DNA of 63,159 nt, counting the filler, from Reclinomonas americana ATCC 50394 (lineage: Eukaryota), in the NCBI GenBank assembly GCA_048213135.1. It is 15 parts of 12 records of this genome, joined end to end, with 100 filler letters (N's around TTAATTAATTAA, not from the genome) between each part and the next. Parts side by side here need not be neighbours in the genome. Positions count along the whole stretch, not along the records: positions 8,752 to 19,754 come from PS015944.1; positions 19,855 to 23,352 come from PS015945.1; positions 23,453 to 27,557 come from PS015945.1; 12 more parts are not named here. The stretch is one strand, 5' to 3'. This document shows positions 12,801-24,517 of the stretch, piece after piece. Numbering within the stretch: the stretch's first letter is position 1; every line of letters starts with the position of its first letter. Made by a program: the position numbers and the translations under genes. The notes under the pieces are model-generated. The model searched no databases and was not told where the DNA came from. It saw only the letters and a program-made list of their open reading frames with translations.

Positions 12801-14574
12801 AACGGAGCAATGTGTCGCTCCATCAACTGATGCATGCACAACTGTCCTCGTGCATCCACCGGTGCAAAGTACCGTCGATACTGCGTCGCGCCACCCAGTG
12901 CCGTCAGTGCGTAATCGCCTCGACAGGTGATAATCACCTTCACATCGCGACACACATCCAGCTGGCTCTTGACAAACAGATTGACACCACGATACAACTC
13001 GTCGTACCCGTCAAGCAACAACAGCAGTGGTTCCTCCTTCAACCGTCGCACATCCGAATCCAATCCCAACTCGGGTGACAGTCGCTCCAGTGCCTCCTCC
13101 AACAGCCGCTCATCGGCATTGCGCAGAGCACCAAGAGGAACACGCACAGGCACTCGTCTGCTCTCCCTCGTCTGCCACTGCCGCCATGCTCGCTCAGCCA
13201 ACACCGACATGGTGGTGGTCTTGCCGGCCCCACTGTTGCCAAACAGCACCAGCACACGGTGGGTGGTACTGGCGTCGGAGAGGAAAGCATCCACCTCGGT
13301 CCACAGATCCGTCATCTTGTCTCTCGACGAGACATCGCGATCACGTGAGCACTGCAGTGGCACATACATCTGCATGTCCTTGTGCACACTCTCATCGTGC
13401 TGGTAGAATGAGAGTTCACGTACAGCCAGTTGATGCAGTCGCTCCTCGAATGTGTCCACAATGTGTCGAGCGTGACGCGCCTCGCTGATACGAGCAGAGA
13501 ATCGAGCACGCTCATCATCGGTCAAATGCAGTCGAGAGAGGATGGCGAGGAAAACACCACAGTCACCAAGGTACTGCTGTACAGTGGCATCCGTCAGCAC
13601 AAGGTCCTTGTGCGCCAACCCCTTTCTCACGTCATTCATCTCCTCCACCGCCTTCCGTTCATCAGTATCGGCAATCAGCAGCAGCTTGCGGCCGTCATCA
13701 CGAACGAAGCCACCGTACAGCATAATGGTGTGCAGAGCCGTCGTGTCAAAACCATCACACGGGGGATCGGACGAGGGATCGGCGTCGAATGTAGCACGCC
13801 AGGCCAACACCACCGGATGCTTCTCGTCAAACAACTTGACTCGAGAGGGGTGGAGTGGAGCATGTCGCTCACGCCATGCCTTCACAGCCACCGCATTCAT
13901 GCCAGCAGGCGTGAAACTCGGCACCCACGCCCGCACATCAAAGGCGGGATGATCGCGACTTAACTGAGCCAGTAAGCGTTGACAGCGCAGACGCACGGCC
14001 TCCTCCACCACCTCAAAGGCCATGTTCATGCGCTGCGAGTTGATCATGCTGTGCACCCAGGGCCGTCAGCATCACAGAAAGAGCAATCAGGGGAGACAAG
14101 GACGAAGGCAAGCAAAACAAACCGAGTCACACGCTCCGAGTTGCTGCGTGAAAACATGACAGTGAGCTGCATGTTTGGCGCAGAGGCATGATTCACAAGC
14201 ACATGCACCTTCCACTCCCACTTGCTCCACTAGACTGCATCGCCACGCCAAGTGTCACACGGACGACGAGATGAGTGGATGAGTTGACTCCGAGCGTCTT
14301 CAACTTCAACACACTCGCGTCTTCCAAGTCGAATGCCATTGGCTTCTCCACTCCCACAATCTCCACTGCCCCATCTCCACTCTTCTCACGCAGCAAGCGT
14401 GTGGCCTCGCGCAGCAAGTCCGCGAGAGTGGACATGCCCGACAAGCCTTCCACCACCACCGACAGCGATGAATCATGCGCCGCACTCACATTCACAGAGA
14501 ACTGTGCACCAAAGAACAGTGAGAACACACTCCGGAGAAGGAGAGAAGCGAGAACAAACAACCCTCACCGACAT
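9803..14574 (-). CDS. NLR-like STAND protein 1: Ubl-like header - HEPN - NACHT - pentapeptide repeat - 14 WD40; exons 14574-14569, 14501-14209, 14143-14123, 14048-9803 (~1521 aa)
   Basis: Walker A GNSGAGKTT, Walker B LLLLLDGYDE, VIITCR and NPFLL motifs; pentapeptides RDLSGVRVRGADLRDA; 14 GH..WS repeats; FDTTALHTIM...VRKGLAH HEPN signature. The exon model is in phase and identical in the paralog. Confidence 0.9.
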
Positions 14575-14692
14575 TGTGCGGCAAAAGTCTCTTCTCGGAC
14601 AATTGCGATTGTCCCTGTTGGTGGTGACGTCACTTTCGTGTGGCAAACCCGCTCGCGCACTTTTTCACTTTTGCAGTTTTTGAGTTGAAGTC
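14575..14692. promoter_or_regulatory. ~120 bp bidirectional promoter between the NLR-like gene and Mnd1, containing a CRE palindrome (TGACGTCA) and a GGACAAT/ATTGTCC inverted repeat
   Basis: Divergent ATGs at 14574(-) and 14693(+). TGACGTCA at 14625-14632. Confidence 0.6.
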
Positions 14693-15142
14693 ATGGCGCG
14701 CAAAGGAGTGTCGGCTGCGGAGAAGAAGAACCGCATGTTGGAGATCTTTTGGGAGAATGTTGCGTGTGTGTGTGAGAGAGAAGAGTGAGAGAGTGTGAGA
14801 CAGGGGAGAAAAGACACAACACACACACACGAGAGAGAGTGAGAGCGAGGGGGAGAGTGTGAGAGAGTGTGAGAGGGAGAGAGAGTGACAGCGCGCGTGG
14901 AGAGAGAGTGAGTGAGAGAGTGTGAGTGAGAGAACACACACCCTTCTCTCTTCTCTCTCTCTCTCCTCGCTCTCTTCTCTCTCCTCTCTTTCACAAGCAC
15001 AACAGCACACAATGAGCACACACTTCTCTCACACAACTCTCACTCTCTGTGTTTCTTTCTTCTCTTTTACACACTCTCTCTCTCTTGTGTGAGTGTTTTT
15101 CTTCTCTCTCACTCTCTCTCTCTCTCGCGTGTGAGTGCTCAT

Positions 15143-15173
<31 letters not shown>

Positions 15174-16442
15174 AAGAATGAGAGAGAGGTCTGTGTCACA
15201 TGAGAGTGGAGATTTTGTGCTTTTTGTGTGTGTGTGTGTGCGAGTGCGAGTGAGAGAGAGAGAGAGAGAGAGAGGAAGAGAGTAAGAGAGAGTCTGTGCG
15301 CTCACTGTGCGTGCTTGTGCGTTGTGTGAGGGAAGATGTGCACTCATTTGCTTTTTTTTTTGAGCAGAAGTGCCCATTCTCTCTCAAGGAACTGGAGAAG
15401 ATTGCGCCTGCGCGCAAGGGCATTGGTGAGTGGCGATGTATGCATTGTGCACGTGAGAGAGTGTCTCTCACTTGTCTCTCATCCCCCTCTCTTTTCATCC
15501 TTGTCTCTCTCTCTCTCTTTCTGTGCGTGTGTGTCTGAGTGTTTCCATTTCCCTCTTCACCTTGTTGCCCGCTTCCGCCGTCTCCTTCCTCCACGATCGC
15601 TCCCTTTGTTTCCTTCCCTTCCACCCATTTTCCCTCACTTACTCTCTCCCTCTCTCTCTCTCCCTCTCTCTCTTCCCCACGATTGCAGTCGCCCAATCGG
15701 TCAAGGACGTGATTGCGGAGCTCGAGGGCGACGACCTCATTCTCAAGGACAAGTTCGGCACCGGCGTCTTCTTCTGGTCGTTCCCCAGTGTGGCGGCCTC
15801 CACTGTGCGTCCCGTCGCTGCCCTTCCCCTGTCCCCCTCTCCACTCACTCGCATTGGCTTCGCGCAGCGCACGGTCAAGCACGAAAAGCTTCTCAAAGGC
15901 ATTGGCGAGAAGACGGAAGAAGTGCGCATGTTACGCAAGCGGCAGGCCGAATTACAGCTGCTCAAGCCAGAGACGGTGAGCATGTGTTGCATTTCTTTCG
16001 CACGTGGTTTCTCCTCTCCCCCTCCTTCTCACTTCTCCCCCTTTCCCCTTTCCCTTTCCCGTTGCCTCACTTCTCCCTCCCCCTTCGCCCTATTCCCAGG
16101 ACGACCGCAAAGTGAAACGCCAAAAGCTGGCCGACCTCCGCGCCACCCAAGACGACCTGAAGACCAAGCTGCAAAAGTACGCCGACTTTGACCCCGACCT
16201 GCTCGATCGTCTCCGTTGCGTGCCAGTTTCTTTACTTCCCTTTGTCCCTCTCGTCTCTCACTCCCCCTCTCTCCCCTTTTCTACAAACAGGTGCCGGTGC
16301 CGCGCAGGCACGCGATGCCGCCAACCGCTGGACCGACAACTACTTTGCCATGCGCGACTACCTGGTGAAGAAGTCCGGCCGCACCAGTGCCGAGCTCGAC
16401 CAGGGCTTTGAGGCGCCGGAGGAGTACGACTATGTCGAGTGA
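14693..16442 (+). CDS. MND1: Meiotic nuclear division protein 1 (Hop2 partner); exons 14693-14758, 15368-15426, 15689-15804, 15868-15975, 16100-16214, 16291-16442 (internal boundaries approximate)
   Basis: MARKGVSAAEKKNRMLEIF, FSLKELEKIAP, QSVKDV...DKFGTGVFFWSFPS, DPDLLD and AANRWTDN are Mnd1 hallmarks. All joins are GT-AG and in frame. Confidence 0.95.
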
Positions 16443-17230
16443 GCGCGAAGAGGGGGAAGGAGGTCGTGTGGCTATCCACGACACAATGAATCGCTGTGCA
16501 TATTTGGGTGATTGAAGAGGAGAGCAGACAGCAACAACAACTTACTAATCCACGCAGCAGCATAGCTGCATGCCGAGTGCTGATCATCATCTGCCAATAA
16601 CAACAATAACAACAACAACACCAGCTTGTACTAAATCCAGCAGCGTAGCTGCACAATGTCCTTCACGCACCAGCAACCATGCTAATGCGGTGAAGATCGC
16701 AGTTCTCGACCTGTTCGAAGCTCCGAGAGCGAACACAAACACAAGAAACCTGCTGCTGCTTCAAGACTGACGTTTGTGTTGATGATCAAGACAGCAGTGG
16801 CTTGTTTGTTGATGAATGAATTGTTGTTGCTGGCTGATATTAAACGCAGAATGCAACGATAGACCCTCTAAATGATCTAAACCAGTGCTTCTGACGCTGC
16901 AAACATACAGCAGCACAGAGAAGAGACATGAGCGTCTTTGCCAGTGGGTCAAACGGCGATGCATGTTGAAGTTTCTGACAAGTTTCAAGAGCGAGTTGTC
17001 GATGATCTCCCCTCCCCTCTGCAACAAGTATCTCGTTCCTTCCTTTCCTTTGCCTTCCCTTCCCTCCCCTCTCCTCCCCTCTCCTCCTCTCTCCTCTCTC
17101 ATTCCTCTCCTCCCCTTCCCTTCCCTCTCCCTTCCCTACCCTCTCCTCCCCTCTCCCTTCCCGTCCCGTCCCTTCCCTCTCCCTTCCCTTTCCCCCATCC
17201 GAGGTTACACAAATAACTCCTTCTTTACTC

Positions 17231-18026
17231 TCACTCCGTGGACAGCGTGTCGGGTGGACACGCACTCGACGACATCACCGCATCGAGGCCGGGCTGGAAC
17301 GAGGCCACGGCCACACACGCTTGCACGCATTTCCGCTCTTTGCACGAGTCCACGCAGTGACGACGCGAGTGCACGGCGCACTGCGCGCGATGTTGCCAGG
17401 CGGCTGCGCGTTGCAAAGAAAATGAGACAAGCATCAGATGGAGACAACTGTGCACGACAGCACCTCGTCCCGGCGTCGTGACACGCCCGTTGCACACAAG
17501 GGCAGTGGAGCAGAATAGGCGACGGCGCCCCGGTATCCTGCATTCTTCTTGGCACGCGGCGGTGACACTGCACAACAGAGGTGAGTAATCGAGAAGAAAA
17601 GGGAAACCTGCACATATGGCACGACGCACCACTTGCGCACATCCGGAGACTGGCACTGCTCGCATCGCGGTCCTCCCCACGGTGCTCGGCAGTTGCAACC
17701 GCCATTCGGCAGCACGTCACCGCGCCCCGAGCTGCGCGACAAACAGAGTGAGCATGAAGCTTCATCAGCACCACTAACGGACGCAGTACCAGTTGTCCAA
17801 CGTCGGCTGACCGCAGTCGTCGCCCGTCCAGCCCGGCACGCAGCAGCACGAGCCGTCGTGGCGGCAGTCGCCGCGACCGGAGCACGACGATTGTGGATCA
17901 CACAGCTTTCCTCCGTTCAACCCCGCGGGCAGCGGCGGCGACGGCAGTGCCTCGGCACAGTGCTCGCCGGTCCAGCCGTCGTCGCACTGGCAGCCGCCGG
18001 TGGAGGAGATGCGGCCGTGGCCAGAG
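17231..18026 (-). CDS. 3' exons of a Cys-rich EGF-like (tenascin-type) repeat protein
   Basis: CSGHG...CQCDDGWTGEHC, CSGRGDC...CCCVPGWTGDDC, CNCRAPWGGPRC. Stop at 17231. Confidence 0.75.
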
Positions 18027-19321
18027 CTGGGGGAGAAGGGTGAGAAGGGTGAGAAAGAGAGAAAGAGTGGGCGAGAGAAGAGTGAGAGAAAGTGTGAGAG
18101 AAAGAGAAGCAATGAGAGAGAAGGAAAGTAAGAGAGAGAGAGAGGAGAAAGAGAGAGGGAGAGAGAGACAGTGTGTGAGAGAGACAAGAGAGAGATTAGG
18201 AAGAGAGAGAGGGGCGGAGAGATAATGAAAAAGAATATACATGCAATGAGAAGCGATGGTGGAACGAACGAAGAGGAGAAAGGGAGGGGAATGAGAATTA
18301 GAATATTGAAGACCTCACCCTCCATCCCATCTCTCCCATGTTGTAATTCGATCGAACTTGGCTCTGTCGCAAACTCTATTTCTTACTCCTCCATCGACCA
18401 ACAGCATGCGCATATCAAACCGCAACCAAACGCTACAACAGACTCAACTGACTCGCTTCCTGCATGTACTTGACGCAGTCCGCTCTTTAGCTTCTTGCCA
18501 CTCCTCTCCCACACACATTCGGACCTCTCTCTCACTCCCTTTCTCTCTTCCTCCTTTTTCCCTCTTTCTCTCCTTCTCTCACTCCTTTTCCCTCTTCCTC
18601 CTTTACCTCTTCTCCCCTTACCCCCTTCCACGTTTCCCTCTCCTCCTTTTCCCTTCTTATTTCCCCTTTTCCTCTCCCCCCAATTCTCTCTTATTCTTTC
18701 CCTCTTGTTTTTTTCGCTCTTCCTCTGCTCCCTCTCTCCCCGTCGCTCTGCTCCATTCACTCTCCTTGCCGACCTTCCCCTTTCCCTCTTGTCCCACTTT
18801 CCCCTCCCCTGTCTTTCTCATCCCCTTCCCCTTTCCACTTCTCCCCTCTTCCCCTTTCCCCACTCTCTCTCTTCCCCCTTTCCCTGATCCTCCTTCCCCT
18901 CTTCCCCTTTTCCTCTCTCTTCCCCCCCTTCCCCTCTTCCCCNNNNNNNNNNNNNNNNNNNNNNNNNNNNNNNNNNNNNNNNNNNNNNNNNNNNNNNNNN
19001 NNNNNNNNNNNNNNNNNNNNNNNNNNNNNNNNNNNNNNNNNNNNNNNNNNNNNNNNNNNNNNNNNNNNNNNNNNNNNNNNNNNNNNNNNNNNNNNNNNNN
19101 NNNNNNNNNNNNNNNNNNNNNNNNNNNNNNNNNNNNNNNNNNNNNNNNNNNNNNNNNNNNNNNNNNNNNNNNNNNNNNNNNNNNNNNNNNNNNNNNNNNN
19201 NNNNNNNNNNNNNNNNNNNNNNNNNNNNNNNNNNNNNNNNNNNNNNNNNNNNNNNNNNNNNNNNNNNNNNNNNNNNNNNNNNNNNNNNNNNNNNNNNNNN
19301 NNNNNNNNNNNNNNNNNNCAG

Positions 19322-19738
19322 CTCCGGGCACGGCAAGTGCGGCGCCAACCGTGTGTGCCAGTGCAGCGAGGGATGGCTGGGTGACTTGTGCGACAGCTTC
19401 AAGGAGGAGTTGCGTTGCCGATCACCATTCCCCCCCTACATCGCACGCGCTCACCGCTGTCGTGTGTAGGGTGATTTCGGGTGTGTGCGACGATGTCGAT
19501 GGCTCCTGCCTGTGTTTCCCGCCCTTCACCGGCAAGGATTGCGCATGTCATGCGTTCCGCGACTGGTGCGGTGACTCTTGTCGCGCGAGAGAATCGTGAG
19601 CTTGGTGCTCACCTGCATCTCCACGCGCAGTGGTTATCCGAAACGCGGCACGTGTGATCGACGTGGTTCGGGCGCGGCGTGCATCTGCAATCCGGGGTTT
19701 GGTGGTCCCAATTGCTCGCAGACGAGTTTGGATTCATG
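19322..19738 (+). CDS. Three exons of an EGF-like repeat protein (partial)
   Basis: SGHGKCGANRVCQCSEGWLGDLC, GVCDDVDGSCLCFPPFTGKDC, GTCDRRGSGAACICNPGFGGPNC; phase-2 GT-AG introns. Confidence 0.8.
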
Positions 19739-19913
19739 GTGCGGGGGGTGCGAANNNNNNNNNNNNNNNNNNNNNNNNNNNNNNNNNNNNNNNNNNNNTT
19801 AATTAATTAANNNNNNNNNNNNNNNNNNNNNNNNNNNNNNNNNNNNNNNNNNNNTGCGTTGTGAGGATAACAGCGTGATGTTGCGGTGTGGAGATGGGGG
19901 CGGGAAAACGAAC

Positions 19914-22900
19914 CAAGAGAGCGGGTTCTGCGGATCGCAAGACAGCTTGCTGCAGTCGTTGCCGGCGTAGCCCGGGTGGCTGCAAGGCACGTGGGTGAGG
20001 AGAACTGCGTAGGAGAGGTCTTGCACAGGTGAAATGGCGCACCAGATGCAGGCACCGGTGTTCATGTCGCACGTGCCGTGCACACCACTGGGGGACAATG
20101 AGACAAAAGTGACGTATGACGGAGCGCTCTCTTGTTACTTACCAGGTGGACAAGTTGCACAGGCTGCCAGATACAAGAAGGAGAGTAAATAAAGTGAGAT
20201 AAAGCCGTCAGTCGACGTCTCATAACAGAAACGCACCATCCTGGGCCAGTAAATCCAGGTCGGCACAAGCACTCGCCGTCAATGCCGACGTCCGAGCACA
20301 CGCCGCGGTTCTGCTTCACACCACTGCCAGGTACAAGTCAGAGAAAGTGCATCACTTCTTTCGAACAACACTCAGATGCTCAACGACACTCTACATTCAA
20401 ACTCGCACGGCGATCATTAACTCCTCAAAAGTGTTCAGCGGGTGACTCTCATCCTCACAGAAGAAGGAGAGAGAGAGAGAAGAGACAGCAAAGACAGAAA
20501 CTGAGAAAGAGAGAAAAATTGAGAAGGTGACTTTGAGAGAGAGAGAGAGAACGTGAAGAAAGAGAGAGGGAAAGCTTTCTTTCTCTTCTCCCCACTCCTG
20601 CTGTACGGCCAAGGCGGATGTACGGTACAGCAGAGACCTCNNNNNNNNNNNNNNNNNNNNNNNNNNNNNNNNNNNNNNNNNNNNNNNNNNNNNNNNNNNN
20701 NNNNNNNNNNNNNNNNNNNNNNNNNNNNNNNNNNNNNNNNNNNNNNNNNNNNNNNNNNNNNNNNNNNNNNNNNNNNNNNNNNNNNNNNNNNNNNNNNNNN
20801 NNNNNNNNNNNNNNNNNNNNNNNNNNNNNNNNNNNNNNNNNNNNNNNNNNNNNNNNNNNNNNNNNNNNNNNNNNNNNNNNNNNNNNNNNNNNNNNNNNNN
20901 NNNNNNNNNNNNNNNNNNNNNNNNNNNNNNNNNNNNNNNNNNNNNNNNNNNNNNNNNNNNNNNNNNNNNNNNNNNNNNNNNNNNNNNNNNNNNNNNNNNN
21001 NNNNNNNNNNNNNNNNNNNNNNNNNNNNNNNNNNNNNNNNNNNNNNNNNNNNNNNNNNNNNNNNNNNNNNNNNNNNNNNNNNNNNNNNNNNNNNNNNNNN
21101 NNNNNNNNNNNNNNNNNNNNNNNNNNNNNNNNNNNNNNNNNNNNNNNNNNNNNNNNNNNNNNNNNNNNNNNNNNNNNNNNNNNNNNNNNNNNNNNNNNNN
21201 NNNNNNNNNNNNNNNNNNNNNNNNNNNNNNNNNNNNNNNNNNNNNNNNNNNNNNNNNNNNNNNNNNNNNNNNNNNNNNNNNNNNNNNNNNNNNNNNNNNN
21301 NNNNNNNNNNNNNNNNNNNNNNNNNNNNNNNNNNNNNNNNNNNNNNNNNNNNNNNNNNNNNNNNNNNNNCGTACGTAGAAAGAAGAGAAATAAGTAGAGT
21401 AGTAGTGTAGAGAGAGAGAGAGAGAGTAGAAGAAGAGAGGAAGGTACTTCTTCTTCTTCTCCTACTCTTCTCTCTACTTACTTCCTTCCTTCTTCTCTCT
21501 ACTCTTACTTTTTACTTTCTTCGTTCTCTTTTCTCTCTCTTCTCTCTTTTCTCTCTTTCTCTATCTTTTCAAAAAAATGAACGGTGAGCTATGGATCACT
21601 CGCATGCATCACTTATCTTCTCAGTCACTGCGTTGGCGTTCATCACATCGCAAAGTCTCTCTCTCTCTCTCTCTCTCTTGCAGTTGCCCCTCCACACAAC
21701 CCTCCCTCTCTTGCCCCTTTCCCACCCTTGTCCCTTCCCCCCATTCCTCTCACCAATCGGAATCCTTGCGGCACGAGCAGTCGCGACCCGTCCATCCCTT
21801 GCTGCAGATGCAGCGACCGTCCGACGCATTCGGGTCGCACCGACCATTCGGCGCACTGCAGGTGACAGTCACTCACGAGCATGAGTGGAGGAAGCGAGAG
21901 GTGGGAACTCACCAGCGATCCTGCGCACACTGACACCGACGACCGGCGAATCCAGCCATGCTGTGGGACATACTATGAGATTAGCGAGAGATAATGCTCA
22001 CGCTCACTCTCCATTTTGTCTTCCCACACACTCTCCGCTGCCTCATCAACTCACAAGCTTGCAGTGCTCACCACCACGCGAACTATCACGTTGAAGCGCT
22101 CTCAGAATCCTTCTCAGTCTCACTCTCACACAAACTCTCATATCTCACGCTGATTCAATATATATCTCTCTTTATCGCTCTCTCTCTCTCTGTCTCTCTC
22201 TTTCTCTTTCTTTCTCTCAGTCTCTCGCACACACACTCTCTCTCCCTGTGCACAGAATTTTCTCGCACACCGGGCTGACAAGCCTGCTTGCTGTCCTGTG
22301 TTAATCTTCTCTCTCCACCTCGGTTCGCAGTCACTGCCACACTGGTACTACGTCTCAGCCAGGCCACGCTCCCCTTTTTCTCTTCTTCTCCATCCCCCTC
22401 TCAACTGCCATACAGCTCCTGGCACCTCCCGTGCGCGCTCCTATCCATCTGCCTAATCAACCTCTCAATTCCCCGTCAACAATTTCTCCCTCACATCCCC
22501 CTTCTCTCTCCCTGTCCCTGTGAAATCGTTCTCCTCTCGCTTTTCCTTTCCTAATTTCTCCCTTGCCACTCTCTTCCCCCTTCGCTTCTCCTTTCCCTGT
22601 TCCATTCTTCTCCTTTCGCCCCCTTCCCTTTTCCGTTCCCTTCTCTTTCTCCCTTTCCCTCTACCTCCCTTCTCCTTCCCCTTCCTCCCTTTCCCTTCCG
22701 CGCACTCACCACACACACACTCCACCACTGCACAATCCCTGCCCACACTCATTGCTTTCGGAGCAATACCCATCCGCCTCGTCGTTGCTGTTGGCCACCG
22801 ATGGTGGCGGTGGCGGCAGTGGATCGAATGAGCGACGGAAGCCGACAGGGAGGTTCTGTGGGGCGGGGAGAGAGAGAGAGAGAAGAGTGAGTGCTGGAGG

Positions 22901-23161
22901 GGGGAGGGAGAGGGAGGGAGAGCACAAAGCGAGAACTGCGCTTTTAAGACAGTTTCCAAAGTCTCTCTCACACTGTGCTTGTGTGGAGCGTCTGGGAAAC
23001 TCAGGTGCAAGCCAACAGCCCCTTTGTCAGAGAATGCGGTCTGCTCGACAAGAATGTCCACTTCGCACTGCACACAATCTCTCTCACCCTTGTATTCTCC
23101 ACGTACAAGTGCAGAGGGTCTCGGTTCAACAGGCAAAGGGCAAGAGAGAAGAACGCCTATT
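19914..23161 (-). CDS. Multiple exons of an EGF-like repeat protein (partial, gapped)
   Basis: GRCDPNASDGRCICSKGWTGRDC, GVCSDVGIDGECLCRPGFTGP, GTCDMNTGACIC, PGYAGNDC. Confidence 0.7.
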
Positions 23162-23702
23162 CTTTGTGCGACAGTCCTGAGAATGTCGGAGAGCACGCAA
23201 GTCGCACCTTCTCTCTCTCTCTCTCGCACACACACATTCTTTTTGTGTACGACAGTGCTGCAGTTCTCTCTCACCTTCTCTCCCACCAACTCTGCAACCT
23301 ACGCGACGGATAAATCTTCACGTTCATCCTCTCTTCCCCTCACTCACTCTTTNNNNNNNNNNNNNNNNNNNNNNNNNNNNNNNNNNNNNNNNNNNNTTAA
23401 TTAATTAANNNNNNNNNNNNNNNNNNNNNNNNNNNNNNNNNNNNNNNNNNNNACTCACTCAGTCACACACACACACACACACACAAACAACACCTTCCGC
23501 GCCCGACTCACTCGCACTCGCCACACTCAGCAACACTAATAGCCACACTCCACAAACAACAACAACAACACCACAAAAACACCGACTTCTTCTCATTGTG
23601 TGTGTAATGTTGTGAGAGACAAACAGCGCGCAGATATCTGAGTGCGAGCACGATTGTCACCTTACCTCGCTTTTGTTTGGTGGTGTTTGATGATTGCGGC
23701 TT

Positions 23703-24517
23703 TCAAGTGCGGCGAGTTGTAATGCAGACACGCGTGGAGCAGTCTGTGAGGCCATCTTTGACGAGGTCAAGCTCGGTGCGCCTCGGCTTTCATCACTGGT
23801 GTGGCTCACTCACTCTCTGCCTTTGTCACTGTGCAGCTGGTGGCGACAAGGCATGCAAGCTGCACAGCGCGGTGGTGGTGGAGGAGAAGGGCGCTTGTGT
23901 GTTTGGCGCAAATTCTGACCGTTTCTTAGCGCTGTAACTCTACTGCAGCTGTGAGTTGTTGAGGAGGCTGTTGCAGGCCCGGCAGCAGCTGAGCTCATGA
24001 GCCTCTCGGAGAGGAGGACATTGAAGTTATGCGCAAGTTCCTGGAGGAGGAGAACGAGCTCGAGGCGACGAGTCTTCACACACAAGATAGAGTCACTCTC
24101 ACTCTCTCATTTGTGTTTGATGGTGGAGCGAAGGTGACTCTCCGCTCCACTGTGTCTTCCGCGTGCCCTTTTCGCTCATGGTAGCCTTTTTCCTGCGCAT
24201 CGGCAGTGGTGATGGCGGAAAGTGCGGTTGATGATCTGGAGCTTGCATCTCTCAAGGAGGAATTGAATCGTCTTCGAGAAGACCGCCGTCGTCAAAGAGA
24301 GCAGCACGAAGAACAAATGCGCATCATCACCCAACTTCGCCAACAGAACCCACCGCCAGCAACGGAGCTGCCAGTCGGTGACTCTTGTTTCGTGCTCTTT
24401 GTGTCGTTGTGGGTGTTGCACTCATCACGGCCGACCACAGGAGATTGCATCGCGCCATCGCCGACATTCCAGACCATGGTGAAACCGGCGCGCACCTCTC
24501 CTCGCATACAACGTTAA
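23703..24517 (+). CDS. Possible small multi-exon gene or gene relic with a coiled-coil segment
   Basis: Segments such as DDLELASLKEELNRLREDRRRQREQHEEQMRIITQLRQQ lie between splice-like sites. I could not build a consistent model. Confidence 0.3.
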
